The notes under the pieces are model-generated. The model was not told where the DNA came from. It saw nothing but the letters and a program-made list of their open reading frames with translations, and made no database searches. 64,000 nucleotides of DNA from an uncultured Granulosicoccaceae bacterium (GTDB lineage Bacteria; Pseudomonadota; Gammaproteobacteria; Granulosicoccales; Granulosicoccaceae). The DNA lies in the NCBI GenBank assembly GCA_937930305.1, contig CALGLE010000004.1, positions 156,920 to 220,919 on the forward strand. Reading direction: 5' to 3'. Both the position numbers and the translations under genes were made by a program. Positions within the stretch are counted from its first letter, which is position 1; each line of letters starts with the position of its first letter. This document shows positions 1-9,403 of the stretch, one piece after another.

Positions 1-1
1 C

Positions 2-943
2 CTAGCCAGCGCCCGCAAGGTACAGAAATCCCGTCACGGTAAGCATCGACATCGCGGTGGTGATGACCACTAAGCTAGAGGCTTGTTCCTCCCAGGTACG
101 GTACTGCTGAGCCAGAACAAATACGTTGGTGGCGGTGGGCAGTGATGCCAACAGCACAGCGGTTAGTACCCAAGTGGGGTCAATGTCGGGAATGGCGCTT
201 AGCACCAGAAACATCACTAAAGGGTGGATGAATAGCTTAACTGGCACCACGTAACTGACGGCTACAGGTACGCGTTTCAAAGGGCGTAGTGCGGCCGTGA
301 CACCCATAGCGAATAGGGCGCAAGGGGCTGCGGCATTAGCCAAGCTGTTAATTAACTGATTGGCAGCGGCCGGTAGTGTCACCTCGTATACCGCTGCTGT
401 GATACCAACGGCAGTGGCGATGATAAACGGGTGCGTCAATATCCGCTTTAAGATGCCACCCGTGACTTGCAACACAGTACTTTTCTCACCGTCACCTGAA
501 AACGCCATAAGCAAGGGCGCGAGAATAAAATGCATGGTGTTTTCAAGGCAAAAAATAAGCGCCACCGGTACTCCGGCTTCTGGGCCAAAGGCTGCAATGG
601 CCAACGGTGGGCCCAGGTAGCCGATATTGCCGTAAGCTCCGCTAAGTCCTTGGATAGTGGCAACAGCGGTGCCTGTGCGACGCAAAAATAAAGCGATTAG
701 AAAACAAAGGACAAACATACCGAAAGTAACGCCAACCGCTGAAAAGAAAAAACGAAAGTTTTTAAATTCTTCTACTGGAGTGGCTGAGAGTAATTTGTAG
801 AACAGAGGTGGCAATGCAATATACACAATGAAGAAATTCAGCCACGCTAAAGCGTCTTTGCCTAACGATGAAATTCGGCCGCTGATGTAACCGAGTAATA
901 TGACGCCAAAAAGTGGCAGTACCAGCGCTATTACCGCTAGCAT
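2..943 (-). CDS. AEC (auxin efflux carrier / malate permease) family membrane transporter
   Basis: 313 aa, about 10 hydrophobic segments, AEC-type motifs 'GNIGYLGPP' and 'ASLPTATNVF'; stop TAG at 2-4, so the gene is complete. Confidence 0.9.
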   Translation of the reverse strand: MLAVIALVLPLFGVILLGYISGRISSLGKDALAWLNFFIVYIALPPLFYKLLSATPVEEFKNFRFFFSAVGVTFGMFVLCFLIALFLRRTGTAVATIQGLSGAYGNIGYLGPPLAIAAFGPEAGVPVALIFCLENTMHFILAPLLMAFSGDGEKSTVLQVTGGILKRILTHPFIIATAVGITAAVYEVTLPAAANQLINSLANAAAPCALFAMGVTAALRPLKRVPVAVSYVVPVKLFIHPLVMFLVLSAIPDIDPTWVLTAVLLASLPTATNVFVLAQQYRTWEEQASSLVVITTAMSMLTVTGFLYLAGAG

Positions 944-2403
944 GGATCAACAATTCGGCCGCTGTTTAACAAGTGGTGCTTGTCAAAAGTCTGCTTTAAA
1001 GACTGCATTACTTTTATTTCCGATTCACTTCGTGAAAAAGAAAGCCACGGCTTCTTGGTCAAGCCAATGCCATGTTCTGCGGAAATCGATCCGCCAATTT
1101 GACTCAGCGGCTCGTAAACCATTCGGCTCACTTGCTCATGCTGCGAATCACGTTTTTCTGAAAGAGCATTCGGAGGTGCGATGATTAAATGCAAATTGCC
1201 ATCCGCCACATGACCGTAGCTAAAGAGTTGCGTGTTAGGCCATGCTCGTTGAAGTTGAGTATCCAACTGTTGCACGTAGTCATCCATCGCGTTGATGGGT
1301 AAGCTAATGTCGAACACGTAGTGAGGATCAAATGCCAGCATGAGTTCGATATTCTCCCTTATCGCCCACAGTGCTTTTTGTTCCTGAGTAGACTGAGCAA
1401 TGACGCCATCACTGGCCCACCCACTTTCAAAACAGCGTTGCATTGCCGTTTCAAAGGTGGTGGCATCCATGCTTGCATTGCTGCCTTTGGCTTCAGCTAT
1501 AACGTAATAGTTTTCGTCTAAAGCAATAGGTGCGGCAACGGTACCTGGTAATTCGGGGTTGGTATTGAGCTTCACCACCGGTTTCCACAACACTTCAAAC
1601 GCATTTAATTGGCCATTCAATTGGTGATCAAGATGGCGTAACGTTTCAGTGACATCATTAAAAGTAGGGCATGCCAAAAATGCCGTGTTGGAGGTGGTGG
1701 TTGCGGTTCGCAGGCGCAGTACGGCGCGGGTAATCACGCCCAAAGTGCCTTCAGTGCCGATAAACAAATGTTTTAAATCATGGCCTGCATTATTTTTTAA
1801 CAGTGTATTCATTGATGACAACACGGTGCCGTCCATCAACACCACTTCAAGTCCTAGCACTTGTTCGCGAGTCATCCCGTACCGAAGCACCGAAAGCCCA
1901 CCCGCGTTCGTGGAAATGTTGCCGCCAATGGTGCAACTGCCCCGAGCACCTAAATCCAAACCGAAACTCAGTCCGTGCTCTGCGGATTGGTTTTGCACCG
2001 TTTCCAAAACACATCCGGCTTGGACTGTCATGGTTTTACCGATAGGGTCAATGGATTCAATTGCGCGCATACGCTCCAATGACAGCACCACATCGTCCTC
2101 GGTGGTGTGATCGCCATCAACTAGGCCGGTCAAGCCGCCGTGTGTGACAACAGTTTGACGCGCTGCATTGCACAGCGCCAATACCTCTGAGACTTCATTT
2201 GTGGTGGCCGGACGAACAATGGCCGCCGCTTGACGGGGTTCTGCGTTCCAAAAGTGCTTAGCACGCGCAGCTACCTGCTCGTTCTGCAATACATGAGAGC
2301 GGCCCACACACCGAACCAACTCATCAATTAGATTTTTCTCTATCGCCATGGCTTGGCAGTGTATCGCGATCTTGTCGATTTGGATTTCCGTGCTTGTGTT
2401 CAC
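937..2403 (-). CDS. FAD-binding oxidoreductase (D-2-hydroxyacid dehydrogenase / GlcD-like, FAD_binding_4 + FAD-oxidase_C)
   Basis: Motifs 'GGLTGLVDG', 'GGNISTNAGG', 'GTEGTLGVIT', 'GHVADGNLH', 'SAEHGIG'; overlaps the AEC start, so probably one operon. Confidence 0.9.
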   Translation of the reverse strand: MNTSTEIQIDKIAIHCQAMAIEKNLIDELVRCVGRSHVLQNEQVAARAKHFWNAEPRQAAAIVRPATTNEVSEVLALCNAARQTVVTHGGLTGLVDGDHTTEDDVVLSLERMRAIESIDPIGKTMTVQAGCVLETVQNQSAEHGLSFGLDLGARGSCTIGGNISTNAGGLSVLRYGMTREQVLGLEVVLMDGTVLSSMNTLLKNNAGHDLKHLFIGTEGTLGVITRAVLRLRTATTTSNTAFLACPTFNDVTETLRHLDHQLNGQLNAFEVLWKPVVKLNTNPELPGTVAAPIALDENYYVIAEAKGSNASMDATTFETAMQRCFESGWASDGVIAQSTQEQKALWAIRENIELMLAFDPHYVFDISLPINAMDDYVQQLDTQLQRAWPNTQLFSYGHVADGNLHLIIAPPNALSEKRDSQHEQVSRMVYEPLSQIGGSISAEHGIGLTKKPWLSFSRSESEIKVMQSLKQTFDKHHLLNSGRIVDPC

Positions 2404-2429
2404 AAATTCAGTTCAATAGACAAGTGCTC

Positions 2430-2446
2430 GCGGCACATGCGTTGCA
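2430..2446 (+). promoter_or_regulatory. Candidate sigma54 (-24/-12) promoter for the adaptor-kinase-EAL operon
   Basis: gCGGCACatgcgTTGCA: GG(2432-2433)-N10-GC(2444-2445), one mismatch to TGGCAC-N5-TTGCA, about 37 nt upstream of the ATG at 2483. Confidence 0.5.
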
Positions 2447-2482
2447 CCGAGTCATCGTATCTAACTTCCTGCCCGGTGTTTC

Positions 2483-3364
2483 ATGAACCGCCAATTGCTT
2501 CGTGATGTTTCTCGTTTCCTAAAGCCTCGACCACTGGGTGCATCGGCGGGCACAGCCGCAATAATTGTTGGCCTGACTGGCCTAGGCTTCGGGCAAATCG
2601 GTCATGCTAATCGCGTGGCATTGAGCGATGTAGATTGTTTAGTAGAACCCAGCATGGTGGTTGAACTGGGTGCTGCGGTTCCCGGTCAGTTAGCGGAAGT
2701 TACATTCGATCGCAGTGATTATGTCAGCGTTGGAACCATCATGGGCCAACTGGAATCTTCTGTAGAAACCACCGTCGTCCAAATTGCCGAACAAGTTGCT
2801 GTGGCGGATACCGGCGTGCAGCTGCGCCAGTTAAGTGCGTCATTTGGCTATCGCACCCAACAACGCAATCAAGAACTGTTGGCGTCGAAGTCCATTTCGA
2901 AACAAAGCATGGATCAAGTAACCACAGAAACCAAAATTGCCGAACTACAGGTAAAACAAGAAAAAGAAGCGAAAGCTTTGGCCAAACTGGAATTGGAACG
3001 AGCTAAGGCTAACTTGAACCGTCGATATATCGTAGCTCCCATCAGCGGTACGATCATGCAGCGTTACAGGAACCCTGGAGAATTTGTAGACAGTGATCCG
3101 GTGTATCAAATCGCTCAACTGAACCCTTTGCATATTGAAGTGTTACTCCCCATAAGCGAGCTTGGAACGGTAAGCGTTGGGTCGCGAGTTGATATAAAGC
3201 TTGATGTGCCCGGTTTTACCGACAATAGTTTTAGAGGAAAAGTGCGCCGGATAGATTCAGTCGCCGATGCAGCCAGCGGCACTTATGGGATCAGAGTGGA
3301 GCTTGAGAATCCTGAGCTAACCATTCCCAGCGGTGTGCGCTGTCAAGCCGACTTCCTCAGCTAA
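2483..3364 (+). CDS. Efflux RND/HlyD-family periplasmic adaptor (membrane fusion protein)
   Basis: N-terminal hydrophobic anchor, lipoyl-like halves ('[14 protein letters not shown]', '[20 protein letters not shown]'), central coiled coil, beta-barrel '[21 protein letters not shown]'. Confidence 0.85.
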   Translation: MNRQLLRDVSRFLKPRPLGASAGTAAIIVGLTGLGFGQIGHANRVALSDVDCLVEPSMVVELGAAVPGQLAEVTFDRSDYVSVGTIMGQLESSVETTVVQIAEQVAVADTGVQLRQLSASFGYRTQQRNQELLASKSISKQSMDQVTTETKIAELQVKQEKEAKALAKLELERAKANLNRRYIVAPISGTIMQRYRNPGEFVDSDPVYQIAQLNPLHIEVLLPISELGTVSVGSRVDIKLDVPGFTDNSFRGKVRRIDSVADAASGTYGIRVELENPELTIPSGVRCQADFLS

Positions 3365-3369
3365 ACACG

Positions 3370-6288
3370 ATGTTTGCTTCTATACGCAAGGCGTTTCGTT
3401 GGTTGCCAACAGTTTCGCCGCGTTTTCATATTACGTTTGGATTGTGCTCGCTGCTTACTAGTGTCGTGCTGCTTGCCTATATGCTCGGGGTGTTTCCAAA
3501 CCGCGAAGCCACGCTTTCTGAGTCACATGTAAAACAAGCAGAAACCATGTCGTCTTCAGTATCGATCTTATTGCAGCGAAATAATGAAAACAGTGGTATC
3601 GGCAACCTATTGCGTTTTGTGATCGAACGTAATCCAGCGCTACTTGCCATCGATGTTGAGTTTCCAGGTAAGCAAGATGTCAGACGCTTTGGTGTAAGCC
3701 AGGGCTCTTTAGATTCGGAAGAGAAGGTCGGTGTAATCAGTGTGCCGTTGTATCAAAATGAGAAACTTTGGGGCACATTGTTATTTGAATTTAATGAAAA
3801 TGCGAATCTGCCTCTGTGGAAACAATGGCTGTCCAATCCTTTGGTCATGCTGGGGTTTATTCCACTACTTTGCTTTCCTAGTTTTTACTTCTTTTTAGGC
3901 AAAATGCTTAAAGAACTCAATCCCTCACAAGCGGTTCCGGGCAGGGTGCGATCAGCTCTGGATACGATCGCCGAAAGTTTATTGGTTCTGGATAAGCGCG
4001 GCAATATTGTTCTAGCGAATGCAGCTTTTACCGATCTTGTTGGCGAGCCTGTTGAGCAATTGATGGGACGCAACGCTGATCAATTTGATTGGAAATCCTC
4101 CTCATCGGATGGTCATGAAAGTTTGCAGGAGATGCCTTGGGCGAAAGCTTTTCGTACTGCAAATACCACCCGCGGTGAAATGATTTCCTTGGAGGATGGA
4201 GCCGGGTTGAGCCGAACCTTCATGGTTAACTGCTCACCGGTCATGGGGCCGAAAGGTGTCCCAGGCGGTGTTCTGGTGAGTATGGACGATGTGACGTTAC
4301 TTGAAGAGAAAGAAATTCAGCTGCGTGAATCCATGCAAGCAGCGGAAGCGGCTAACTTAGCTAAATCTTCGTTTCTATCAAACATGAGTCATGAAATTCG
4401 AACCCCGATGACATCCATTCTAGGGTTTACCGAAGTGCTTAAGCGCGGCTATGAAACCTCGGGTGAGGAACGCCTGAAACACTTAAATACCATTTCACGC
4501 AGTGGCAATCATTTACTTGAACTGATTAATGATGTACTCGATTTATCCAAAGTTGAATCGGGTGTTATGGATTTGGAAGTTCTGCCAACCGATGTGGCTG
4601 AGATTGTCTCTGATGTGAAGCAAGTGCTGAACGTCAAAGCAGAAGAAAAAAATATTGGTCTTAACATTGAAATTGATGGGAACCTACCAGAAACGATTCA
4701 ATGTGACCCGTCACGCCTTCGACAGATCGTTACAAACTTGGTGGGTAACGCTATAAAATTTACCACGGAGGGTGCGGTAACGATCCGCTTGTCCTGCGAC
4801 TCGGACGTGTCGAAATCTGTGCCAACAGACCCGTTTTCAATTGCGGTGAGTGATACCGGTATTGGCATGACACCCGAACAACAAGCCACAATTTTCACCG
4901 CCTTCACACAAGCAGATGCCTCAATTACACGACGTTTTGGGGGCACCGGCTTAGGATTATCCATCAGCCGAAAACTTGCTGAAGCCATGGGCGGAGAGGT
5001 TACTGTCAGTAGTACCGCGGGTGAAGGCAGCACCTTTTTAGTCACGTTGCCTGTGGGTGATATTTCACAGGTGAGGTGGTTAACCCCAACTGAAGTTGAA
5101 TCCAGATTAGAAACTGTTGCATTACAGAGCAATCAAACTTGGGATTTTGAACACCAGCAAATCTTGGTGGTTGATGATGGGCCGGAAAATCGCGAGCTGC
5201 TCAAGTTGGTACTGAGTGAGTATGGCTTGAAGGTTGATGTTTGTGAAAACGGTTTGGAAGGCGTTAACGCCGAAAACGTAGGTAACTATGATGTGGTGCT
5301 GATGGACATCAATATGCCCGTTATGGACGGTTACCAAGCGGTGGCTAAAATGCGTGAGAATGGCCGCACACGTCCGGTCGTGGCACTAACGGCAAACGCG
5401 ATGAAAGGGGTTGAGGAACAAATTCTAGCGGCAGGTTTTTCGCACTACCAAACCAAACCGATTGACTTAGACAAACTGGGGCGTCTGCTTGCAGAACTCA
5501 TGGATGGCCGGTCAGTGGAAGAATCTGCATCGAATTCTGCTGAACCTAGCCCGGTAGCGGCAGTGTCATCAGGGGCCACATTAATCAGCACCCTGGCGCT
5601 TCGGGATCCAAGATTTCAGCCAACAGTGGATGATTTTGTGATCCGTCTCAAAGAGCGTTCTACTGAATTTTCGCTCGCTCTGGACAATGGCGATTTCAAC
5701 GAACTTGCCGCCATTGCACATTGGTTGAAAGGCAGTGGCGGAACCGTGGGATTCGCTGAATTTGTTGAACCAGCGGCAGAATTGGAAATTGCTGCTAAAG
5801 CGCAAGATGCTGACCGATGTCGATCTTGCCTGGAGGAGCTTAAATCATTGTGGAGTCGCCTACCGGAACCTGGCAATTCTCCTGATAACAGCTCTGGCGT
5901 TGCGGACGTAGTCACGAAAAGCCCTGTGATCGCTAGAGATGAAGGGCTGGAGGCCGATACGCCAATAGTCAGCGAGCTACTTAACCGCAGTCCTGCCATG
6001 GCGGATATTGTGGATCAATTCATTCCACGATTAGATTCTCAGATTGAAGCGATGAATGCCGCGGCACAGACAAATGATTTTGCGGAGGTAGCCAACTACG
6101 CACATTGGCTGAAGGGATCTGGTGGAAACGTTGGTTTTCTTGGTTTAAGTTCGTTGGCATCAGAGCTTGAGCAACATGCGAAGGATACCAATGAACAAGG
6201 TATAGCCAATTTAATGAAATCGATCGAAAACTATGCTGTTCGCATTAAACTCGGTCGTGATCCAAGCTTTTTAAAACGTTCTGCTTAA
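3370..6288 (+). CDS. Membrane hybrid sensor histidine kinase: 2TM-PAS-HisKA-HATPase-REC-Hpt-Hpt
   Basis: H-box '[11 protein letters not shown]', N-box '[13 protein letters not shown]', 'DTGIGM', 'GGTGLGL', REC 'VVDD...DINMP...K', and two Hpt motifs 'AHWLKGSGG' (His codons 5719 and 6103). Confidence 0.93.
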   Translation: MFASIRKAFRWLPTVSPRFHITFGLCSLLTSVVLLAYMLGVFPNREATLSESHVKQAETMSSSVSILLQRNNENSGIGNLLRFVIERNPALLAIDVEFPGKQDVRRFGVSQGSLDSEEKVGVISVPLYQNEKLWGTLLFEFNENANLPLWKQWLSNPLVMLGFIPLLCFPSFYFFLGKMLKELNPSQAVPGRVRSALDTIAESLLVLDKRGNIVLANAAFTDLVGEPVEQLMGRNADQFDWKSSSSDGHESLQEMPWAKAFRTANTTRGEMISLEDGAGLSRTFMVNCSPVMGPKGVPGGVLVSMDDVTLLEEKEIQLRESMQAAEAANLAKSSFLSNMSHEIRTPMTSILGFTEVLKRGYETSGEERLKHLNTISRSGNHLLELINDVLDLSKVESGVMDLEVLPTDVAEIVSDVKQVLNVKAEEKNIGLNIEIDGNLPETIQCDPSRLRQIVTNLVGNAIKFTTEGAVTIRLSCDSDVSKSVPTDPFSIAVSDTGIGMTPEQQATIFTAFTQADASITRRFGGTGLGLSISRKLAEAMGGEVTVSSTAGEGSTFLVTLPVGDISQVRWLTPTEVESRLETVALQSNQTWDFEHQQILVVDDGPENRELLKLVLSEYGLKVDVCENGLEGVNAENVGNYDVVLMDINMPVMDGYQAVAKMRENGRTRPVVALTANAMKGVEEQILAAGFSHYQTKPIDLDKLGRLLAELMDGRSVEESASNSAEPSPVAAVSSGATLISTLALRDPRFQPTVDDFVIRLKERSTEFSLALDNGDFNELAAIAHWLKGSGGTVGFAEFVEPAAELEIAAKAQDADRCRSCLEELKSLWSRLPEPGNSPDNSSGVADVVTKSPVIARDEGLEADTPIVSELLNRSPAMADIVDQFIPRLDSQIEAMNAAAQTNDFAEVANYAHWLKGSGGNVGFLGLSSLASELEQHAKDTNEQGIANLMKSIENYAVRIKLGRDPSFLKRSA

Positions 6289-6317
6289 CCGATTTCACCC
6301 GAGGATTAGTAACTAAA

Positions 6318-8144
6318 GTGACGTTCACTGAAGCACCAGGTAGGCAAGAATCAGGTTTAGATACTTCGCGCCTGCTTGGGCATGTGAAAATAATGATGGT
6401 GGACGATGAGCCACTGAATATGGATGTTCTTCGCATCCATTTAGAAATCGAAGGCTACGCAAATTTCGTATGCGTCAGTGATTCTAATAAGGCCATTTCC
6501 ACTATGGAAGTGGAGCAACCTGATGTTGTGTTGCTGGATCTGGTCATGCCCGGAATGACGGGTTTCGACATTCTTGGAAAATTGCGTGAACATGAAACTT
6601 TAAAACATATTCCTATTGTCGTTTTGACTTCATCAGACGATGCTGAAACAAAACTACAAGCTCTGCAACTGGGCGCGAGCGACTTTCTAGCGAAGCCGGT
6701 AGACGCCAGTGAACTTGCACTGCGAATGCGTAACACCCTAGCGGCTCGTGCGTATGAACAGCGAATGAAATATCAAGACCCGCTGACGCAATTACCGAAT
6801 CGGTTGTTGTTTACTCAAAGGGCCACCAGCGCACTAAAGAAAGCACGAGAAATTAATCACAAAGCGGCGGCAATACTGGTCAACATCAATCGCTTTAAAT
6901 TGATAAACGATTCATTAGGCCCCTCACGTGGTGACGATGTTTTATGGGCATTCAGTCAACGCTTATGCCAAGCGTTTGATTTATCACCTGAAGATGGATT
7001 CGCCGATGATTCTGAGCTGAATCACTTTATCGCTAGAATCGGTGGTGATCGATTTGTGGTTTTGGTGCCAGGGGTTGAGTATTCCCATGAGGGAGTTAAG
7101 GCAGATCGCACCACCGGACCTGCAGAAGAGATGAGACAGGCCATTGACCGATTTCTCGAGGTAATGGAGAAGCCATTAAGCATCGGCGGCCAAGACATCT
7201 ATTTGAACGTGTATCTGGGTGTGTCCAGCTTATCTTCTGCCACACGATCAGTAGAGCATCTGATCAACGATGCTGAAACCGCAATGATGCATGCGCGTCG
7301 TCGCTTGAACACTAAAGTGGCTTACTACTCTGAGCAGATGGATTCAAAAGCACATGAGCTGCTGAGCATTGAAAACGGATTACGCACTGCGGTAGAAAAC
7401 AAAGAAATTTTTGTTGTTTATCAACCGAAAGTGAAGATAGCCACTGGGCAAATCACTGGCGCTGAGGCATTAGTGCGCTGGATGCATCCAGAATTCGGGC
7501 TAATATCCCCGGTTGATTTCATTCCGCTGGCCGAGGACTCAGGCATGATTGTGTCCATCGGTGAATGGGTGTTACGAGAGGCCTGTACGCGAGCTGTAGA
7601 GTGGCAAAAAATCACTTGCGAAAATTTTCACATAGCGGTAAACGTCTCCATTCGGCAGCTGTACGAACCTGATTTCACCAGCTTAGTTGAGCAAGTGCTT
7701 AAGGAAACCGGTCTGGATCCACGGTGTTTAGTCATCGAACTGACTGAAAATATGATCATGGAAGACGCCGATAGCAATATCATCAAAATGCGGCAATTGA
7801 AAGAATTAGGCATTCGTTTGTCCATAGATGATTTTGGAACAGGTTACTCGGCATTAAATTATTTGCAGCGTTTCTCAATGGATCAATTGAAAATTGATCA
7901 ATCTTTCATTCGACCGATCAATTCTCCAGATGAAGCGCAACCGATCGTTCGTGCGCTTATAACGCTGGCGCACGATTTAGGTATGCATGTTGTGGCTGAA
8001 GGGGTTGAAACACGCAATCAACTCGCGCTACTAGCGAATCTATCCTGCGATGAATATCAGGGATATCTGTGCAGTAAACCGGTGGCAAGTACCAGCTTCA
8101 TTCGGTTGTTGCTAGAACAGGCTGATATGAGAAAGTCCGCTTAA
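6318..8144 (+). CDS. REC-GGDEF(degenerate)-EAL response regulator, probable c-di-GMP phosphodiesterase
   Basis: REC 'MVDDE...LLDLVMP...FLAKP'; GGDEF-like site reads GGDRF (7041-7055); EAL motifs 'GAEALVRW', 'IELTE', 'DDFGTGYS', 'KIDQSF', 'AEGVE', 'QGY' are intact. Confidence 0.92.
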   Translation: MTFTEAPGRQESGLDTSRLLGHVKIMMVDDEPLNMDVLRIHLEIEGYANFVCVSDSNKAISTMEVEQPDVVLLDLVMPGMTGFDILGKLREHETLKHIPIVVLTSSDDAETKLQALQLGASDFLAKPVDASELALRMRNTLAARAYEQRMKYQDPLTQLPNRLLFTQRATSALKKAREINHKAAAILVNINRFKLINDSLGPSRGDDVLWAFSQRLCQAFDLSPEDGFADDSELNHFIARIGGDRFVVLVPGVEYSHEGVKADRTTGPAEEMRQAIDRFLEVMEKPLSIGGQDIYLNVYLGVSSLSSATRSVEHLINDAETAMMHARRRLNTKVAYYSEQMDSKAHELLSIENGLRTAVENKEIFVVYQPKVKIATGQITGAEALVRWMHPEFGLISPVDFIPLAEDSGMIVSIGEWVLREACTRAVEWQKITCENFHIAVNVSIRQLYEPDFTSLVEQVLKETGLDPRCLVIELTENMIMEDADSNIIKMRQLKELGIRLSIDDFGTGYSALNYLQRFSMDQLKIDQSFIRPINSPDEAQPIVRALITLAHDLGMHVVAEGVETRNQLALLANLSCDEYQGYLCSKPVASTSFIRLLLEQADMRKSA

Positions 8145-8650
8145 CCCTTCCAAACCATAGGCTGAGTGTCAGCCCGTTGGTACAATGGATGGGCAGGACT
8201 TCCATCGGTATTAATAGCTAAACAGAACAGTTGGCCTACATAGCGTTTCGCCAAACGTTTATCTTGCTCTTTCCAACCTCCATGTCGCCCCCAGCAAGCA
8301 ATAACCAGATCAGCGTTATCTATGGCTTGATGTAAGTGTTTCGAGTTATAAGGCCCCACAGGATCAATCGCATTTTTTAGCTCATTGGGGTAGGGCGTTC
8401 GATAAGCAAATAGATTGATGACCGTGAGTGCGTTGAAGCCCCAGCGTCGAGTGAAATCCATACAGCGACGAATGGTGGGATCATCCACGCGGTGATCCGC
8501 CGTGGAAGGATTGAGTCCGATAAACACCACACGCCTGGCCGCCTCGTCATTAGCCCAATAACGCTCTAACTTGTATCGGTAGCGTTTGCATCGAGAAAAA
8601 GCTGCCGTGCGTGTGATGTTCTCGTTTTTCAACGGCGCCTCTTGCGCCAT
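8141..8650 (-). CDS. DUF1643 family protein
   Basis: 'SRCKRYRYKLERYW', 'FIGLNPSTAD...DDPTIRRC', 'NLFAYR', 'VIACWG', 'PAHPLY'; start overlaps the rtcB remnant stop by 22 nt. Confidence 0.88.
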   Translation of the reverse strand: MAQEAPLKNENITRTAAFSRCKRYRYKLERYWANDEAARRVVFIGLNPSTADHRVDDPTIRRCMDFTRRWGFNALTVINLFAYRTPYPNELKNAIDPVGPYNSKHLHQAIDNADLVIACWGRHGGWKEQDKRLAKRYVGQLFCLAINTDGSPAHPLYQRADTQPMVWKG

Positions 8651-8958
8651 GGGGCGTCGTTTTGCCAGTCACCTGCCATGATGCATCCATAAGGCTGCAC
8701 GCGATCGACCACATCACACAGGGCGAACCGGTGCATATCCTCTTGAACAGCGGCAGCGTTTTTATACGCCGACGGCAGTTCTGATATATCAGGCTTGCCA
8801 CAATAAAACCGCGCATCCAGCCCTTCGGTCTCTTGTGCGTACACGACTTCCTCATCTTTTGTGTGAGGTGCGGCGTTGATGGTGCGCAACAGTTCACCCA
8901 CGATACGACCTTGCGGGCAGCCCAGTTTTAATAGCTCTTTTCCAGTCCAGGTTTTCAT
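8629..8958 (-). pseudogene. rtcB: RtcB-family RNA ligase remnant with large in-frame internal deletion
   Basis: N-terminus 'KTWTGKELLKLGCPQG' fused at about 8860-8872 to the RtcB C-terminus 'ETEGLDARFYCGKPDISELPSAYK...PYGCIMAGDWQNDAPWR'; 109 aa versus roughly 400-480 aa for the family; no GNH, HxGSR or HGAGR motifs. Confidence 0.8.
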
Positions 8959-8986
8959 AGCTTCTTGCTCTTCTTAGTTAATCCTC

Positions 8987-9326
8987 TTACGCGTTCAGGT
9001 GTTTAAACCCAGCGCGTAAGTACTGCATTTGATCCGCTAATACGGACCGATTCGACAACGCAAACCATTCATTCACGTGCAAACAGTGCCGCGTTGTTAA
9101 TACGAGGCACACTTTGCTCGCTAACTTTCCCTTTCACGGCAATAATAGTGGGCACGGCAATGACTGAGCGAGTTCCGTCGCGTTGGTAACCCCCATGCAG
9201 TGTGCTGGCAATTTCATTCATCGACCAAGACACCAGATCTTTTGCCAACAGTGAGGCTGCGGATTCAAAATTAATCCAGTCGGTGGGAAGCCCAGCTTTG
9301 TTCAGTTTTAATATTTGAGTGTTCAT
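8987..9326 (-). pseudogene. HNH endonuclease remnant: N- and C-termini kept, HNH/zinc core deleted, frameshifted
   Basis: 9326-9069 gives 'MNTQILKLNKAGLPTDW...NNAALFARE*'; a second frame at 9073-8987 gives 'NEWFALSNRSVLADQMQYLRAGFKHLNA*', the typical C-terminus of this HNH subfamily; no CxYCG, DHxxP or CxxCN between them. Confidence 0.72.
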
Positions 9327-9345
9327 AATGTATGTCGAAGAAACG

Positions 9346-9372
9346 AAAAAACCCGCTAAATTAGCGGGTTTT
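9346..9372 (-). terminator. Intrinsic terminator of a putative attenuator, 20 nt upstream of the HNH start
   Basis: Minus strand AAAACCCGCTA-ATT-TAGCGGGTTTTTT: perfect stem with a U6 tail. Confidence 0.85.
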
Positions 9373-9403
9373 CAGGCAAGAACTCGATACTTAAGTTTTA
9401 CTG

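Noticed and set aside
8550-8897. 115-aa minus-strand ORF overlapping the rtcB remnant and DUF1643
   Set aside because: Alternative frame with no recognisable motif; the overlapping frames carry the family signatures.
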